DNA from: Candidatus Nealsonbacteria bacterium
GTDB lineage: Bacteria; Patescibacteriota; Minisyncoccia; Minisyncoccales; JANBVM01
NCBI GenBank assembly: GCA_047456295.1
Contig: CP179887.1
Coordinates: 111,159-175,158 of the forward strand
Reading direction: 5' to 3'
DNA length: 64,000 nt
The notes under the pieces are model-generated. The model was not told where the DNA came from and did no database searches. It worked only from the letters and a program-made list of their open reading frames with translations. A program made the translations under genes and the position numbers. Below are positions 51,043 to 60,237 of this stretch, in pieces (the stretch's first letter is position 1; each line of letters starts with the position of its first letter).

Positions 51043-51642
51043 ATGGAACAAATAATTTCAAAACAAGAAATAGATGAATTAATGAAGCTTAAAGGGGAAG
51101 TAAAGGGAATGGGAATGAAAACCCACGCAGAGTTCATTTTAAAAGAAGAAGGAAAACAAGGGTTAGAAAAATTAGAAGAGACAATGGAAAAACTTGGTCA
51201 TCCAATAAAATTCAAAGAGATAAGGGGAACAACTTTTTATCCTTTGGGACTGGAAGCCCTTGTCTTGGTAGCCATGCAAAGACTTTTTAATTATGACGAC
51301 AAGAAGTTTCAGGAAATGGGAAGGTTTCACAGTAAATTCTCTTTGATTATTAGACTCTTTATGAAATATTTTATTTCCTTTGACAGAATGGTCAAGGAAT
51401 CTCCAAATATATGGAGAAAATATTTTACAGGAGGAGAGCTTACAGTGGTGGAACACGATGAAGAGAAAAAATATGCAATCTTCAGGGTGGAAGATTTCAG
51501 ATTCCATCCTCTTCATTGCCAAATCATGACAGGAATTCTCGCTATGGTAGTTCAAATGATGGTTAAGGGTAAAGCAGTCTGTGAAGAAACAAAATGTGTT
51601 TTTCGAGGTGATGAATACCATGAATTTCTATTAAAATGGTAG
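51043..51642 (+). CDS. V4R-like domain protein, paralog 2 of 3 (199 aa)
   Basis: Same length as 11384-11983 and 54210-54809, with the invariant block LFNYDDKKFQEMG. C-terminal CEETKCVFRGDEYHEFLLKW. Confidence 0.5.
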   Translation: MEQIISKQEIDELMKLKGEVKGMGMKTHAEFILKEEGKQGLEKLEETMEKLGHPIKFKEIRGTTFYPLGLEALVLVAMQRLFNYDDKKFQEMGRFHSKFSLIIRLFMKYFISFDRMVKESPNIWRKYFTGGELTVVEHDEEKKYAIFRVEDFRFHPLHCQIMTGILAMVVQMMVKGKAVCEETKCVFRGDEYHEFLLKW

Positions 51643-51669
51643 AATTTTTCATTTTGATATATAAAAAAC

Positions 51670-52191
51670 ATGAAGGTAGCAGTTGGTTCTCAAAATCCTG
51701 TTAAGATTAAGGGGGTCAAACAAGCCTTTCAAAAGGTCTTTGGTGATTGTGAGGTTGTGGGGATTTCTGTTCCTTCTGGTATTTCTGATATGCCCATGAG
51801 TTTTGAAGAATTAGTCAAAGGATCTAAAACCAGAGCCAAAAACGCAATTGACAAATTAGATGCAGATTTTGGAGTTGGCCCAGAAGGTGGTTTTGAACAA
51901 AAGGCATTAGGAACTTTCTTGATTGGTTTTGTGGCTGTTGTTGATAAAAAAGGGAAGTGGGGATTTGGAAGAGGAAACGGACTCTTGATGCCAGAGAAGA
52001 TTGTAGAGAAGGTAAAGAAAGGGAAAGAATTAGGAGATGTGATGGATGAAATCAGGGGATTGAAAAATACAAAACACCACGAGGGAGCTGTTGGTTTTTT
52101 CACCAAAAATCTAATCCCAAGAATGAAAACTTTTGAGATAACAACAATCTACGCCCTTTCCAGATTTATTAAAGGAGAAATGTTTGAATAA
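51670..52191 (+). CDS. inosine/xanthosine triphosphatase-like NTPase (YjjX/DUF84 family)
   Basis: VAVGSQNPVK, SGISDMP and GSKTRAKNA. Confidence 0.7.
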   Translation: MKVAVGSQNPVKIKGVKQAFQKVFGDCEVVGISVPSGISDMPMSFEELVKGSKTRAKNAIDKLDADFGVGPEGGFEQKALGTFLIGFVAVVDKKGKWGFGRGNGLLMPEKIVEKVKKGKELGDVMDEIRGLKNTKHHEGAVGFFTKNLIPRMKTFEITTIYALSRFIKGEMFE

Positions 52192-52226
52192 AATATAAGT
52201 TTTTGGTTTTCCAGGATTAAAAGATT

Positions 52227-52254
52227 AAGCCCAAGAAAAATTCTTGGGCTTTTT
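52227..52254. terminator. bidirectional Rho-independent terminator
   Basis: Perfect 11-bp stem, AAGCCCAAGAA/TTCTTGGGCTT, with a 3-nt loop and a T-run. It lies between convergent genes. Confidence 0.8.
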
Positions 52255-52283
52255 ATATATAACCACCAAAAATGATAAGGTAT

Positions 52284-54029
52284 TTACTTTAATAGTTCTG
52301 AATTAATATCAATTTGACCTCTGGCTTGAAGATTCCAGAGATAAGAGTACAGTCCTTTCTTTTTCATTAATTTATCATGGGAACCTGATTCAACAACCTG
52401 ACCTTCATCTAAAACAACGATCTTGTCAGCTCTCCTGACTGTTGAAAAACGATGGGCAATGATTAACATGGTTCTGTCTTGAGCAATCTTCCACAAAGCC
52501 TCCTGAATTAAACGCTCTGATTCAGAATCTAAATTACTGGTAGCTTCATCAAAAATAATAATCTTTGGGTTGGTTAAAAGCATCCGGGCAATCGCCAGAC
52601 GTTGTTTCTGTCCTCCTGAAAGCTTAATTCCTCTCTCACCGACCTGGGTTTCATAGCCTGAAGGTAAGCTCTCAATGAAATCATGAAGATTGGCTATTCT
52701 GGTCACTCTTACAATGTCTGCCTTTTCTGCCTGGCTGTTGCCATAGAAAATATTGAAACCAATCGTGTTGTTGAAAAGGATGGGTTCTTGGGGAACAATG
52801 CCAACAAAAGAACGAAGCTGGCTTTTGGTAAGATTGCGGATGTCAACTCCGTCAATTAATATTGCTCCTTGATTAACGTCATAAAATCGCAATAAAAGCC
52901 TGATAATGGTTGTTTTTCCCACTCCCGACCGACCAACAAAAGCAATTGATTCACCGGGTTTAATATGCAAATTAATATCAGTTAAAATACTCTCTTTATT
53001 CTCAGGATAATTAAAGCTTACCTGCTCAAACCGAATTTCCCCCTTAATATCTCTTATCTCAACCGGTTTTTCCGGGTCTTTGACTAAAATCTCGTTATCG
53101 AGAATGGAAAAATAACGTTTAATATCAATATAGTGTTTGGCAATATCTCTGAAGCGATATAATAAATCAAAAAAGCGATAATAAAAACTGGTGGTAAAAC
53201 TGGCAACCATTACCAGGTCTCCAATACCAATCTCATCCATTACTAATTTACGAATAACAATCCAAAAAACAGCCAGAATGCCCAGGTTAGACAGGGTACC
53301 AATAACAACATCCATTAAACGAAATGTATTGGCATATGCCCACAGTTTAGCTAACCAGTCTTTAAACTCTCCCTTTAAACGGTCTTCTTCTTTTTTTTCC
53401 TGGGCGAAAAATTTCACAGTCTCGTAATTTATTAGATTATCAGTAATAATTCCAGAAATCTTATCCTCAGCTCTGTTAAATGCCTTTCTTTTACTGATAT
53501 TAAATTTAATCAAACGCCAACTGACAAGGGCATTACCCAAAAAAATCAGCACCATTAAAAAGGCAATAAGGGGTGTAATCTTGCTAAAGAAAAACAACAC
53601 AACAAGCAAACCGATTATAATATTAAAAATATGTATGTTTAAATCATGGAAAAGACTGAAAAAGGCTCCATCCCCTCTCTTAAAAGCACTAATCAAAGCA
53701 CCTGTGCTTTTGTTAACATGAAAAGCAAAGTCTAAATCCTGAATCCGCCTAAAAATCATGACCCGGGCATCTCTGGCTGCTGGAAGAAGTACTCTGTCTC
53801 CCAGGTAGAAGCTTAGAGCATTTAAAAGATTAGCTGCAACCTTAAGGCCAACAAATAAAATGACAATTTTCATGAGTAATTGATAGTCTCGAGAGGGAGC
53901 TGCATCAACCAAAAGCTTATAAATATAGGGAGTGAGGCTTCCTAATATTGCTGCTATAACCAACACAAAAACAAAGAGAATGAAGTTCTTTTTGTAGCGG
54001 AATAAAAATTGATAAAATCTTTTAATCAT
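52284..54029 (-). CDS. ABC exporter, fused permease/ATPase (MsbA-like)
   Basis: 6-TM N-terminal half. GRSGVGKTT, LSGGQKQRLAIAR and IIFDEATSNLD. Confidence 0.9.
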   Translation of the reverse strand: MIKRFYQFLFRYKKNFILFVFVLVIAAILGSLTPYIYKLLVDAAPSRDYQLLMKIVILFVGLKVAANLLNALSFYLGDRVLLPAARDARVMIFRRIQDLDFAFHVNKSTGALISAFKRGDGAFFSLFHDLNIHIFNIIIGLLVVLFFFSKITPLIAFLMVLIFLGNALVSWRLIKFNISKRKAFNRAEDKISGIITDNLINYETVKFFAQEKKEEDRLKGEFKDWLAKLWAYANTFRLMDVVIGTLSNLGILAVFWIVIRKLVMDEIGIGDLVMVASFTTSFYYRFFDLLYRFRDIAKHYIDIKRYFSILDNEILVKDPEKPVEIRDIKGEIRFEQVSFNYPENKESILTDINLHIKPGESIAFVGRSGVGKTTIIRLLLRFYDVNQGAILIDGVDIRNLTKSQLRSFVGIVPQEPILFNNTIGFNIFYGNSQAEKADIVRVTRIANLHDFIESLPSGYETQVGERGIKLSGGQKQRLAIARMLLTNPKIIIFDEATSNLDSESERLIQEALWKIAQDRTMLIIAHRFSTVRRADKIVVLDEGQVVESGSHDKLMKKKGLYSYLWNLQARGQIDINSELLK

Positions 54030-54209
54030 AAAAATCTTTCCTTAATTCAAAAATTATATTTCTTCTATTTTTGAACTTAATAATATTATAACCCGAAAAA
54101 TCAAAATTGTAAATAAAAGGCTTAATAATAAGTTAAATAATTTGAGTTTATTGTTTTTATTTTGGGTTATTTTTGCTAAAATAACATATATATATTAATT
54201 TAAAAAATT

Positions 54210-54809
54210 ATGGAACAAGTAATCTCAAAAGAAGAGTTAAATAAATTAATGAATCTTAAAGGAGAAGTAAGGGGAATGGGAATGAAGGGACACGCAGAAT
54301 TTATCCTCAAAGAAGAGGGAGAAGAAGGATTAAAGAAAATGGAAGAAACAATAACAAATCTTGGTTATCCAATAAAATACAAAGAGATAAAACTAATGAG
54401 TTTTTATCCTATTGGACTAGAAGCTGTGACACTGATTGTTATTAAGAAACTTTTTAATTATGATGACAAAAAGTTTCAGGAAATGGGAAAATTTGGAGTT
54501 AAGGTTTCTTTTCTTCTTAGGATTTTTACGAGATATTTCGTTTCACTTGAAAAGTTTGCGAAAGTAGCTCCAGGTATGTGGAAAAAGGGCGGTGCGCTTG
54601 GAGACTTTAAAATAGGGGAATATAACATAGATAAAAGATGTTTAATTTTGAGAATTGAAAATTTCAGTCTCCATCCACTTTATTGCCAAGTTTTTAGAGG
54701 CTATTTTTCCAAAGGACTTCAAATGATAATCGGGAAAGAAACAACCTGTCAAGAAACAAAGTGCACCTTCCGGGGCGATGAATATCATGAATTTTTACTA
54801 ACCTGGTAA
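54210..54809 (+). CDS. V4R-like domain protein, paralog 3 of 3 (199 aa)
   Basis: See the other two paralogs. C-terminal CQETKCTFRGDEYHEFLLTW. Confidence 0.5.
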   Translation: MEQVISKEELNKLMNLKGEVRGMGMKGHAEFILKEEGEEGLKKMEETITNLGYPIKYKEIKLMSFYPIGLEAVTLIVIKKLFNYDDKKFQEMGKFGVKVSFLLRIFTRYFVSLEKFAKVAPGMWKKGGALGDFKIGEYNIDKRCLILRIENFSLHPLYCQVFRGYFSKGLQMIIGKETTCQETKCTFRGDEYHEFLLTW

Positions 54810-54851
54810 ATCGTGTAAAATAAAAAATTAAGTTTAAAAAAAAGGAGATGT

Positions 54852-56459
54852 TTGATTATGGATGTATATAAGTTTTTTGGAAAAGAAATCAGCGGACCCT
54901 TTACCATACCTTCAGGCATAGTTAGCACAAAGGTATCAACACTTGAAAGAATTATTAATGAGGTTCCGGAAATAGGTATATTAACGACAAAAAGCATTGG
55001 AATAGAGCCCCGTGAAGGAAACAGAGAGCCTATTCTCGCTCAATATGCCCCTTTTTCCTTTATTAATGCAGTGGGTCTTACTAATCCAGGTGCAAAAGAG
55101 TTTGAAAAGAGATTATCAAAGATAAATATTCCTAACAACAAATTTTTACTTATTTCGATATTCGGAAGCAGCAAGGAAGAATTCAGAAAGATAGCTGAAA
55201 TATTATATGATTGTGCCGATGGTTTTGAGATAAATATCTCTTGTCCCCATTCTAAAAAATACGGTCAAGCTATAGGTCAAGATAAAAAACTTGTGGAAAA
55301 AATAATGAGAAGTATTGCTTCTTTAGGAAAACCAGTATTTGTAAAAATTTCTCCCAATTTAGACGTCAAGACTGTAAAATATGCTATAAAGGGCGGGGCT
55401 TCTGGAATAACAGCAATAAATACGAAAGGACCAGAGTTATGTCTATACAAAGGCCATCCTGTTCTCTCAAATAAGGTGGGTGGAGTCTCGGGAAAGGCAA
55501 TTTTAGAACTTGGCCTAAGGTGTGTAAAAAAAATAAGAAGAATTACAAGGTTACCGATTATTGCCTGTGGGGGTATTTCAGGAGCTGAAGATGTAAAAAG
55601 ATACAGGACAGCTGGAGCAAATTTTTTTGGTATTGGCTCGGCTTTAGCAGGAATGAATACAGAAGAAATAAAAGAATATTTTCATGACTTATTGTTGGAT
55701 TTAGGAAGAGGAACAAATAATGCAAAGAAATTTCTGAAGACAAACCTGAATATGAAATACAAAGAATACAGAGTAAATGAAAATAAAAAATTAGCAGAAG
55801 ATTTATTTCTTTTAAAATTAGAAGGTGGCATAAAGGCAGAACCAGGACAATTCATTTTCGCTTGGCTGGCAGGAAAAGGAGAAAAACCATTTTCCATATT
55901 TAATGATGAACCATTAACTCTCCTTATTCAGAAAAGAGGTTATCTTACAGATAAACTGTCAAATCTAAGAGAAGGCAACACCATTTATATCAGAGGACCT
56001 TACGGAAATTCTCCCAAGATAAATGGAAGAACTTTATTAGTTGGTGGAGGAACAGGAATTGCAGCACTTTATCTCTTTGCCAAAAGAAATAAAGAAACAA
56101 TTGCAATACTAGGAGCAAAAGATAAACATCACTTACCTTATATCAAGGAGTTTAGATTAGTATGCAAAGAGCTTTATTTGACTGTAGAAAATACTAAAGC
56201 AGGCAACAAGGGATTAGTAACAGATGAATTAGGAGAGATTATTGAAAATACACGGCCTGAATATTGTATAAATTGCGGCCCAGAAGCAATGGTGGAAATT
56301 GCTATCCAAAAAGAAGAGAAATACATAGACCCAGAGAATATCTATTCTTCAATAGATTTCTTAACGAGGTGTGGAATCGGTTTATGTGGAAGCTGTGCCA
56401 CTTTAAAAGGTTATCGAAGCTGTGTTGATGGAACTTTTTTGACACCAAACCAAATCTAA
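54852..56459 (+). CDS. pyrD: dihydroorotate dehydrogenase (class 1B-like catalytic domain) fused to a PyrK-like FAD/[2Fe-2S] electron-transfer domain
   Basis: N-terminal half: NAVGLTNPG, EINISCPHS, GGVSG and ACGGISG. C-terminal half: PGQFIF, KPFSI, VGGGTGIA, NCGPEAM and CGIGLCGSC. SD AAGGAG upstream. Confidence 0.8.
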   Translation: MIMDVYKFFGKEISGPFTIPSGIVSTKVSTLERIINEVPEIGILTTKSIGIEPREGNREPILAQYAPFSFINAVGLTNPGAKEFEKRLSKINIPNNKFLLISIFGSSKEEFRKIAEILYDCADGFEINISCPHSKKYGQAIGQDKKLVEKIMRSIASLGKPVFVKISPNLDVKTVKYAIKGGASGITAINTKGPELCLYKGHPVLSNKVGGVSGKAILELGLRCVKKIRRITRLPIIACGGISGAEDVKRYRTAGANFFGIGSALAGMNTEEIKEYFHDLLLDLGRGTNNAKKFLKTNLNMKYKEYRVNENKKLAEDLFLLKLEGGIKAEPGQFIFAWLAGKGEKPFSIFNDEPLTLLIQKRGYLTDKLSNLREGNTIYIRGPYGNSPKINGRTLLVGGGTGIAALYLFAKRNKETIAILGAKDKHHLPYIKEFRLVCKELYLTVENTKAGNKGLVTDELGEIIENTRPEYCINCGPEAMVEIAIQKEEKYIDPENIYSSIDFLTRCGIGLCGSCATLKGYRSCVDGTFLTPNQI

Positions 56460-56551
56460 AAATACAAATGAAAAAAGTAGATTGGAGAGTTTTAAATTAG
56501 TTCTTTTTTTTATCTTTTTGTTTTGAGCTTTCTCTATCTACAATAAAAAAA

Positions 56552-56578
56552 ATCCCACAAAAAAGTGGGGTATTTTTT
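56552..56578. terminator. Rho-independent terminator between convergent genes
   Basis: ATCCCAC pairs with GTGGGGT around an A6 loop, then TATTTTTT. Confidence 0.55.
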
Positions 56579-56580
56579 AA

Positions 56581-57282
56581 TTAACTTTTTTTGCTATACA
56601 ATCTCATCTCAGCTAGTATTTTCTTGAGTGCTTTAACAATATCAACATTCTTCATAATTGGACTACCACAAACTAGAATAAGTGCTCCTTTTCTTATAGC
56701 TTCACCCGGTTCAATTACTTCTTTATGTCTATTGTCCGTAAACCATTCAGGTCGAACTCCTGGAACTGCTTTTATGATCTCGATATCCTGAACTATTTCC
56801 AAGGTAGGACCGGGCAAGAGTATCCCATGGCAACCAGCTTCAATAGCAACTTCGGCAAAATGCCTTACTGATTCTCTAAGAGAACGGTGGAAGTGCTTCT
56901 GGCAATAATCTTCACTATAGTGAGTTAACACTGTAAGACCAAGGACTTTAGTTTTAGAATCTTCAACTATTTTGATAGCTTCGGGAAGTAAATCGTCGGC
57001 TAAGGCATAGACATTTAAATATTCTACTTCCACACTTACTAAATTCTCTATAACCGAAGTCATTGTTCTACCCCCATTCCACATCTTCAAATCAGCAAAT
57101 ACTGGTCTTCCGAATTGTTTCACATTCTCAACTGCATCCTGTATGCCTTTCTTAAGCAGATAATCTAAATTAATTTTGAAACCAAAGTCTCCTTCTACCT
57201 CAGAAAGTTGTTCAGCAATTTCCAAGATATTCCTTTCTTGCTTAGTTAAATCATCTAAAGCCACGAAGAGAAACGGCTTCAT
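56581..57282 (-). CDS. pyrF: orotidine-5'-phosphate decarboxylase-like protein (divergent)
   Basis: FVALDD, FKINLD and FADLKMWNGGRT resemble the OMP decarboxylase D/K motifs. Overlaps the pyrE-like gene by 4 nt. Confidence 0.55.
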   Translation of the reverse strand: MKPFLFVALDDLTKQERNILEIAEQLSEVEGDFGFKINLDYLLKKGIQDAVENVKQFGRPVFADLKMWNGGRTMTSVIENLVSVEVEYLNVYALADDLLPEAIKIVEDSKTKVLGLTVLTHYSEDYCQKHFHRSLRESVRHFAEVAIEAGCHGILLPGPTLEIVQDIEIIKAVPGVRPEWFTDNRHKEVIEPGEAIRKGALILVCGSPIMKNVDIVKALKKILAEMRLYSKKS

Positions 57283-58037
57283 CTCGTTCCCCCCTCCTTA
57301 ACCGGCTTAAGTCCTCTTTCTATTTGCCAACCTAATGGATTTGCTAAAAATTGTCGGTAATCATCGATAACTTTCTGCGGATAAATAGAATGCTCTTCCA
57401 ATACTTTTAGGACTTCTGGTAGTGTAATAAGATATATAATTTCAATCTTATGTTCTTTCAGAGCTTTAATCGCCTCTGGATTATCATAGAAAAGAATAGT
57501 TGCTGCGTGAATGACCTTATATCCTGCGCTTCGTATGGCTACAGCGCCATTGCAGGTCGTCTGTGCGAAATTAACTAATTCTTCAACTATTAGACCATTA
57601 TTACCTTCGGTTATTTCAGGATTGTTAGTAATACCAGTAATTAACTCTTTTTGACCACCTTTCTTTCTGGTTCCACGAATATAAACAAACGGTACTGTCT
57701 TTCCTAAAAGTGACTCTAACTCTTCGCTAATAAGCCATCCTGGAATCATTCCACCAGTGACATTACCAGCGATAAAATCAATTTTATGAGTTTTATCAAC
57801 AACTTTCGATGCCAAGTTCTTGCTAAGAAATTTTATTGTTTTCTTCTGACCAACTGTGCCTTTAACACTAATATAACCAGGCCCCCAATTTCCACTAGCA
57901 TATAGAAAGGGCTGTCTCTTCTTAGGAAGTTTATCTATATTCTTTACCATCGGCGGAACATCTCTTATTTCTACGGCTCCTGCCTCTATTATCACTAAAG
58001 CAATCTCTTCTTTCGAGACAACTTCTTCTTTACTCAT
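57279..58037 (-). CDS. orotate phosphoribosyltransferase-like protein (divergent)
   Basis: FLYASGNWGPGYIS, and a PRPP-loop-like LIVEELVNFAQTT. Coupled to the pyrF-like gene. Confidence 0.45.
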   Translation of the reverse strand: MSKEEVVSKEEIALVIIEAGAVEIRDVPPMVKNIDKLPKKRQPFLYASGNWGPGYISVKGTVGQKKTIKFLSKNLASKVVDKTHKIDFIAGNVTGGMIPGWLISEELESLLGKTVPFVYIRGTRKKGGQKELITGITNNPEITEGNNGLIVEELVNFAQTTCNGAVAIRSAGYKVIHAATILFYDNPEAIKALKEHKIEIIYLITLPEVLKVLEEHSIYPQKVIDDYRQFLANPLGWQIERGLKPVKEGGTR

Positions 58038-58198
58038 TTTTAATATCCATCTCTTTACAAGTTTTTTATTTAATTTTAAAAGAGCTATATTAAACTCCTT
58101 CGTTTCTTTATTATCATAGCTAATAGAATTTGTAAATAATAAACATTTTTAGGGTTTTCAAATCAGAAAATTTGGTTTAAAATAATATATTAAATACT

Positions 58199-58813
58199 AT
58201 GAAACAAAAACAACTTAAAAATCTGGTTTCCTTTTTTTACGAAATCGGGACATTGAGAAAGATACTTAGGATGCATCAACAACCCCTTCTTGCCTTTGAT
58301 CCAACCGATAACATCTCTTCCCATTCTTTTCGGACAACCTTTATTGGTTATTTTTTGGCAAAAGCATTAAAGGCTGATGGTGATAAAGTTATTAAGATGT
58401 GTCTCTTGCACGACATTGAAGAAACAAGATCAGGTGACCAAAACTGGATTCATAAAAGATACATAAAGGTGTTTGAAGATGAAATCAGGAAAGGACAGCT
58501 TAAAGATATTCCTCATTCCCAAGAATTATTGGAACTCTCAGAAGAATATCAGGAAAGGAAAAGCCTGGAAGCTAAGATTGCCAAAGATGCCGATATCCTT
58601 GACGAACTGTTTCTTTTAAAGGAATACGAATTACAGGGAAATAAAGAAGCTACCCGTTGGTTAAGAGGAGATTATAAAAAGGCGTCGATTCAAGAAAACG
58701 AGCAAGAAAAAAGACTGTCCACTAAATTGGCCAAGGAAATTGCCAGAGAGATAAAAAAACAAAATCCCAGTCTCTGGTGGGATAATTTATGGACATCTAA
58801 TAGACGCAAATAA
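58199..58813 (+). CDS. HD-domain phosphohydrolase (YfbR-like)
   Basis: HSFRT...LLHDIEETRSGD. Confidence 0.7.
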   Translation: MKQKQLKNLVSFFYEIGTLRKILRMHQQPLLAFDPTDNISSHSFRTTFIGYFLAKALKADGDKVIKMCLLHDIEETRSGDQNWIHKRYIKVFEDEIRKGQLKDIPHSQELLELSEEYQERKSLEAKIAKDADILDELFLLKEYELQGNKEATRWLRGDYKKASIQENEQEKRLSTKLAKEIAREIKKQNPSLWWDNLWTSNRRK

Positions 58814-59377
58814 TTATTCAATCCTTTTTACGTATTCCCCGGTTTCAGTATTAATCTCTATTATATCTCCAACTTCAATAAAAATGGGGACATTTATTTT
58901 GGCTCCACTCTCCAAAGTAGCTGGTTTTGTTCCTGCTTCAGCCCGGCCACCCCTTATTCCTGGAGGGGTTTCAGTAACCTTCAAATTAATCTTAATCGGC
59001 AAAACAATATTAATGATCTTCCCTTGAAAAACCAGAGCTTCAATAATCTGGTTTTGTTTTAGAAAGTCTTTTTTTTGACCAATTTGTTCTGCTGTTAAAT
59101 CAAATCTTTTGGAAGGATCATTTTCTTCAGAGAAAAAATATCTTTCTTTGTGGGAGTATAGAAACTTAACTTTTCTTTTTGAAATTTCAGCTTCTTCAAA
59201 GGTATCTGAAGGCCGAAAGGTTCTGGAAATAACATTGCCTGTTTTTAAGTTTTTAATTCTTGTCTTTAACACTGATTTACCCCTTGCTTTAAACATAGGA
59301 GCAGACTCAATGATTTCATAAGGTTCTCCCTCTAAAATAATCTTTACTCCTGTTTTTAATTCAGAATAGGAAATCAT
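58814..59377 (-). CDS. efp: elongation factor P
   Basis: SELKTGVKIILEGEPYEII...KARGKS..KTRIKNLKTG. Confidence 0.95.
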   Translation of the reverse strand: MISYSELKTGVKIILEGEPYEIIESAPMFKARGKSVLKTRIKNLKTGNVISRTFRPSDTFEEAEISKRKVKFLYSHKERYFFSEENDPSKRFDLTAEQIGQKKDFLKQNQIIEALVFQGKIINIVLPIKINLKVTETPPGIRGGRAEAGTKPATLESGAKINVPIFIEVGDIIEINTETGEYVKRIE

Positions 59378-59397
59378 ATATTTAAAATATATATAAG

Positions 59398-59868
59398 TTA
59401 TTTAATGGTCCGCCACTCAATATCAGATTCTTTTCCAGCAAACTCCAACCAGGTGCCTGTCTCGTCAATAACATACCATCTTTTTTTGGTTTCTGACCAG
59501 ACCATTGGGTTTTCGTAATAATAGGGTTTTTTAACAATTTCTTTTGGTTTCAGTCTGTCTAATTCCAGCCATTTTTTAAAGACTGTCTCAATGGCATAGT
59601 CTAAATTTCTTGACTTCGCCCATTTAGCCACCTTATCAATTGCAGACTTTGCCTTTCTCACAGAGCCAGCCAGAATCAACAGTTGTTTGGCAGGTCTGGT
59701 AAACCTTGAATAAATAATCTTTTTCTTTTTGGCATTGTCTTTAATCTTTTTTAAACTCAAGCCCTTGGTGTAAAAATAATGGTTTACAATTTGCTGGATG
59801 GCGGTTTCTTCCCGAATCTGCTTTTTTGTTTTTTTTCTTTTTTTTCTGATTTTCTTTTTCTTTTCCAT
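59398..59868 (-). CDS. hypothetical protein with a highly basic N-terminus
   Basis: ORF coupled to the upstream PadR-like gene by a 3-nt gap. MEKKKKIRKKRKKTKK. Confidence 0.45.
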   Translation of the reverse strand: MEKKKKIRKKRKKTKKQIREETAIQQIVNHYFYTKGLSLKKIKDNAKKKKIIYSRFTRPAKQLLILAGSVRKAKSAIDKVAKWAKSRNLDYAIETVFKKWLELDRLKPKEIVKKPYYYENPMVWSETKKRWYVIDETGTWLEFAGKESDIEWRTIK

Positions 59869-59871
59869 TGG

Positions 59872-60174
59872 TTATCTTAGTTTATTTAAAACCTTTTTAT
59901 AAAACTCCTTGGCTTGTTCTAATTCTCTTTCTCCTTTTTTGGTAATGTGATAAACCCTTCTCCTTTGTTCCATTTTGCTTTTAACAAAACCATTCTTTTG
60001 TAATCTGTAAAGCACCCTGTAGGGAGTAATCTTCCCTGGTTTGAAATTGAATTTTTTTTCAATAATATCTGGAATTTCCCAACCATAAATCTCCCTCTTT
60101 TTCAACAGGGAAAGGATGTATATCCATAGATTTTCTTTGGTGTTGGATTTTTGAAGACGTTCTATGGGAAGCAT
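59872..60174 (-). CDS. PadR-like winged-helix transcriptional regulator
   Basis: About 100 aa. LWIYILSLL....YGWEI and PYRVLYRLQKNGFV...Y.ITKKGE.EL. Confidence 0.6.
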   Translation of the reverse strand: MLPIERLQKSNTKENLWIYILSLLKKREIYGWEIPDIIEKKFNFKPGKITPYRVLYRLQKNGFVKSKMEQRRRVYHITKKGERELEQAKEFYKKVLNKLR

Positions 60175-60194
60175 ATTTTTCCACAGTTCCTCTC

Positions 60195-60222
60195 TTGACA
60201 GGTTATTTTACCAGCGTAAAAT
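60195..60222 (+). promoter_or_regulatory. putative promoter of the inositol-phosphate synthase gene
   Basis: TTGACA (60195-60200), a 16-nt spacer, then TAAAAT (60217-60222). It lies in the divergent region shared with the PadR-like gene. Confidence 0.4.
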
Positions 60223-60237
60223 AGTTTATAATAACCT

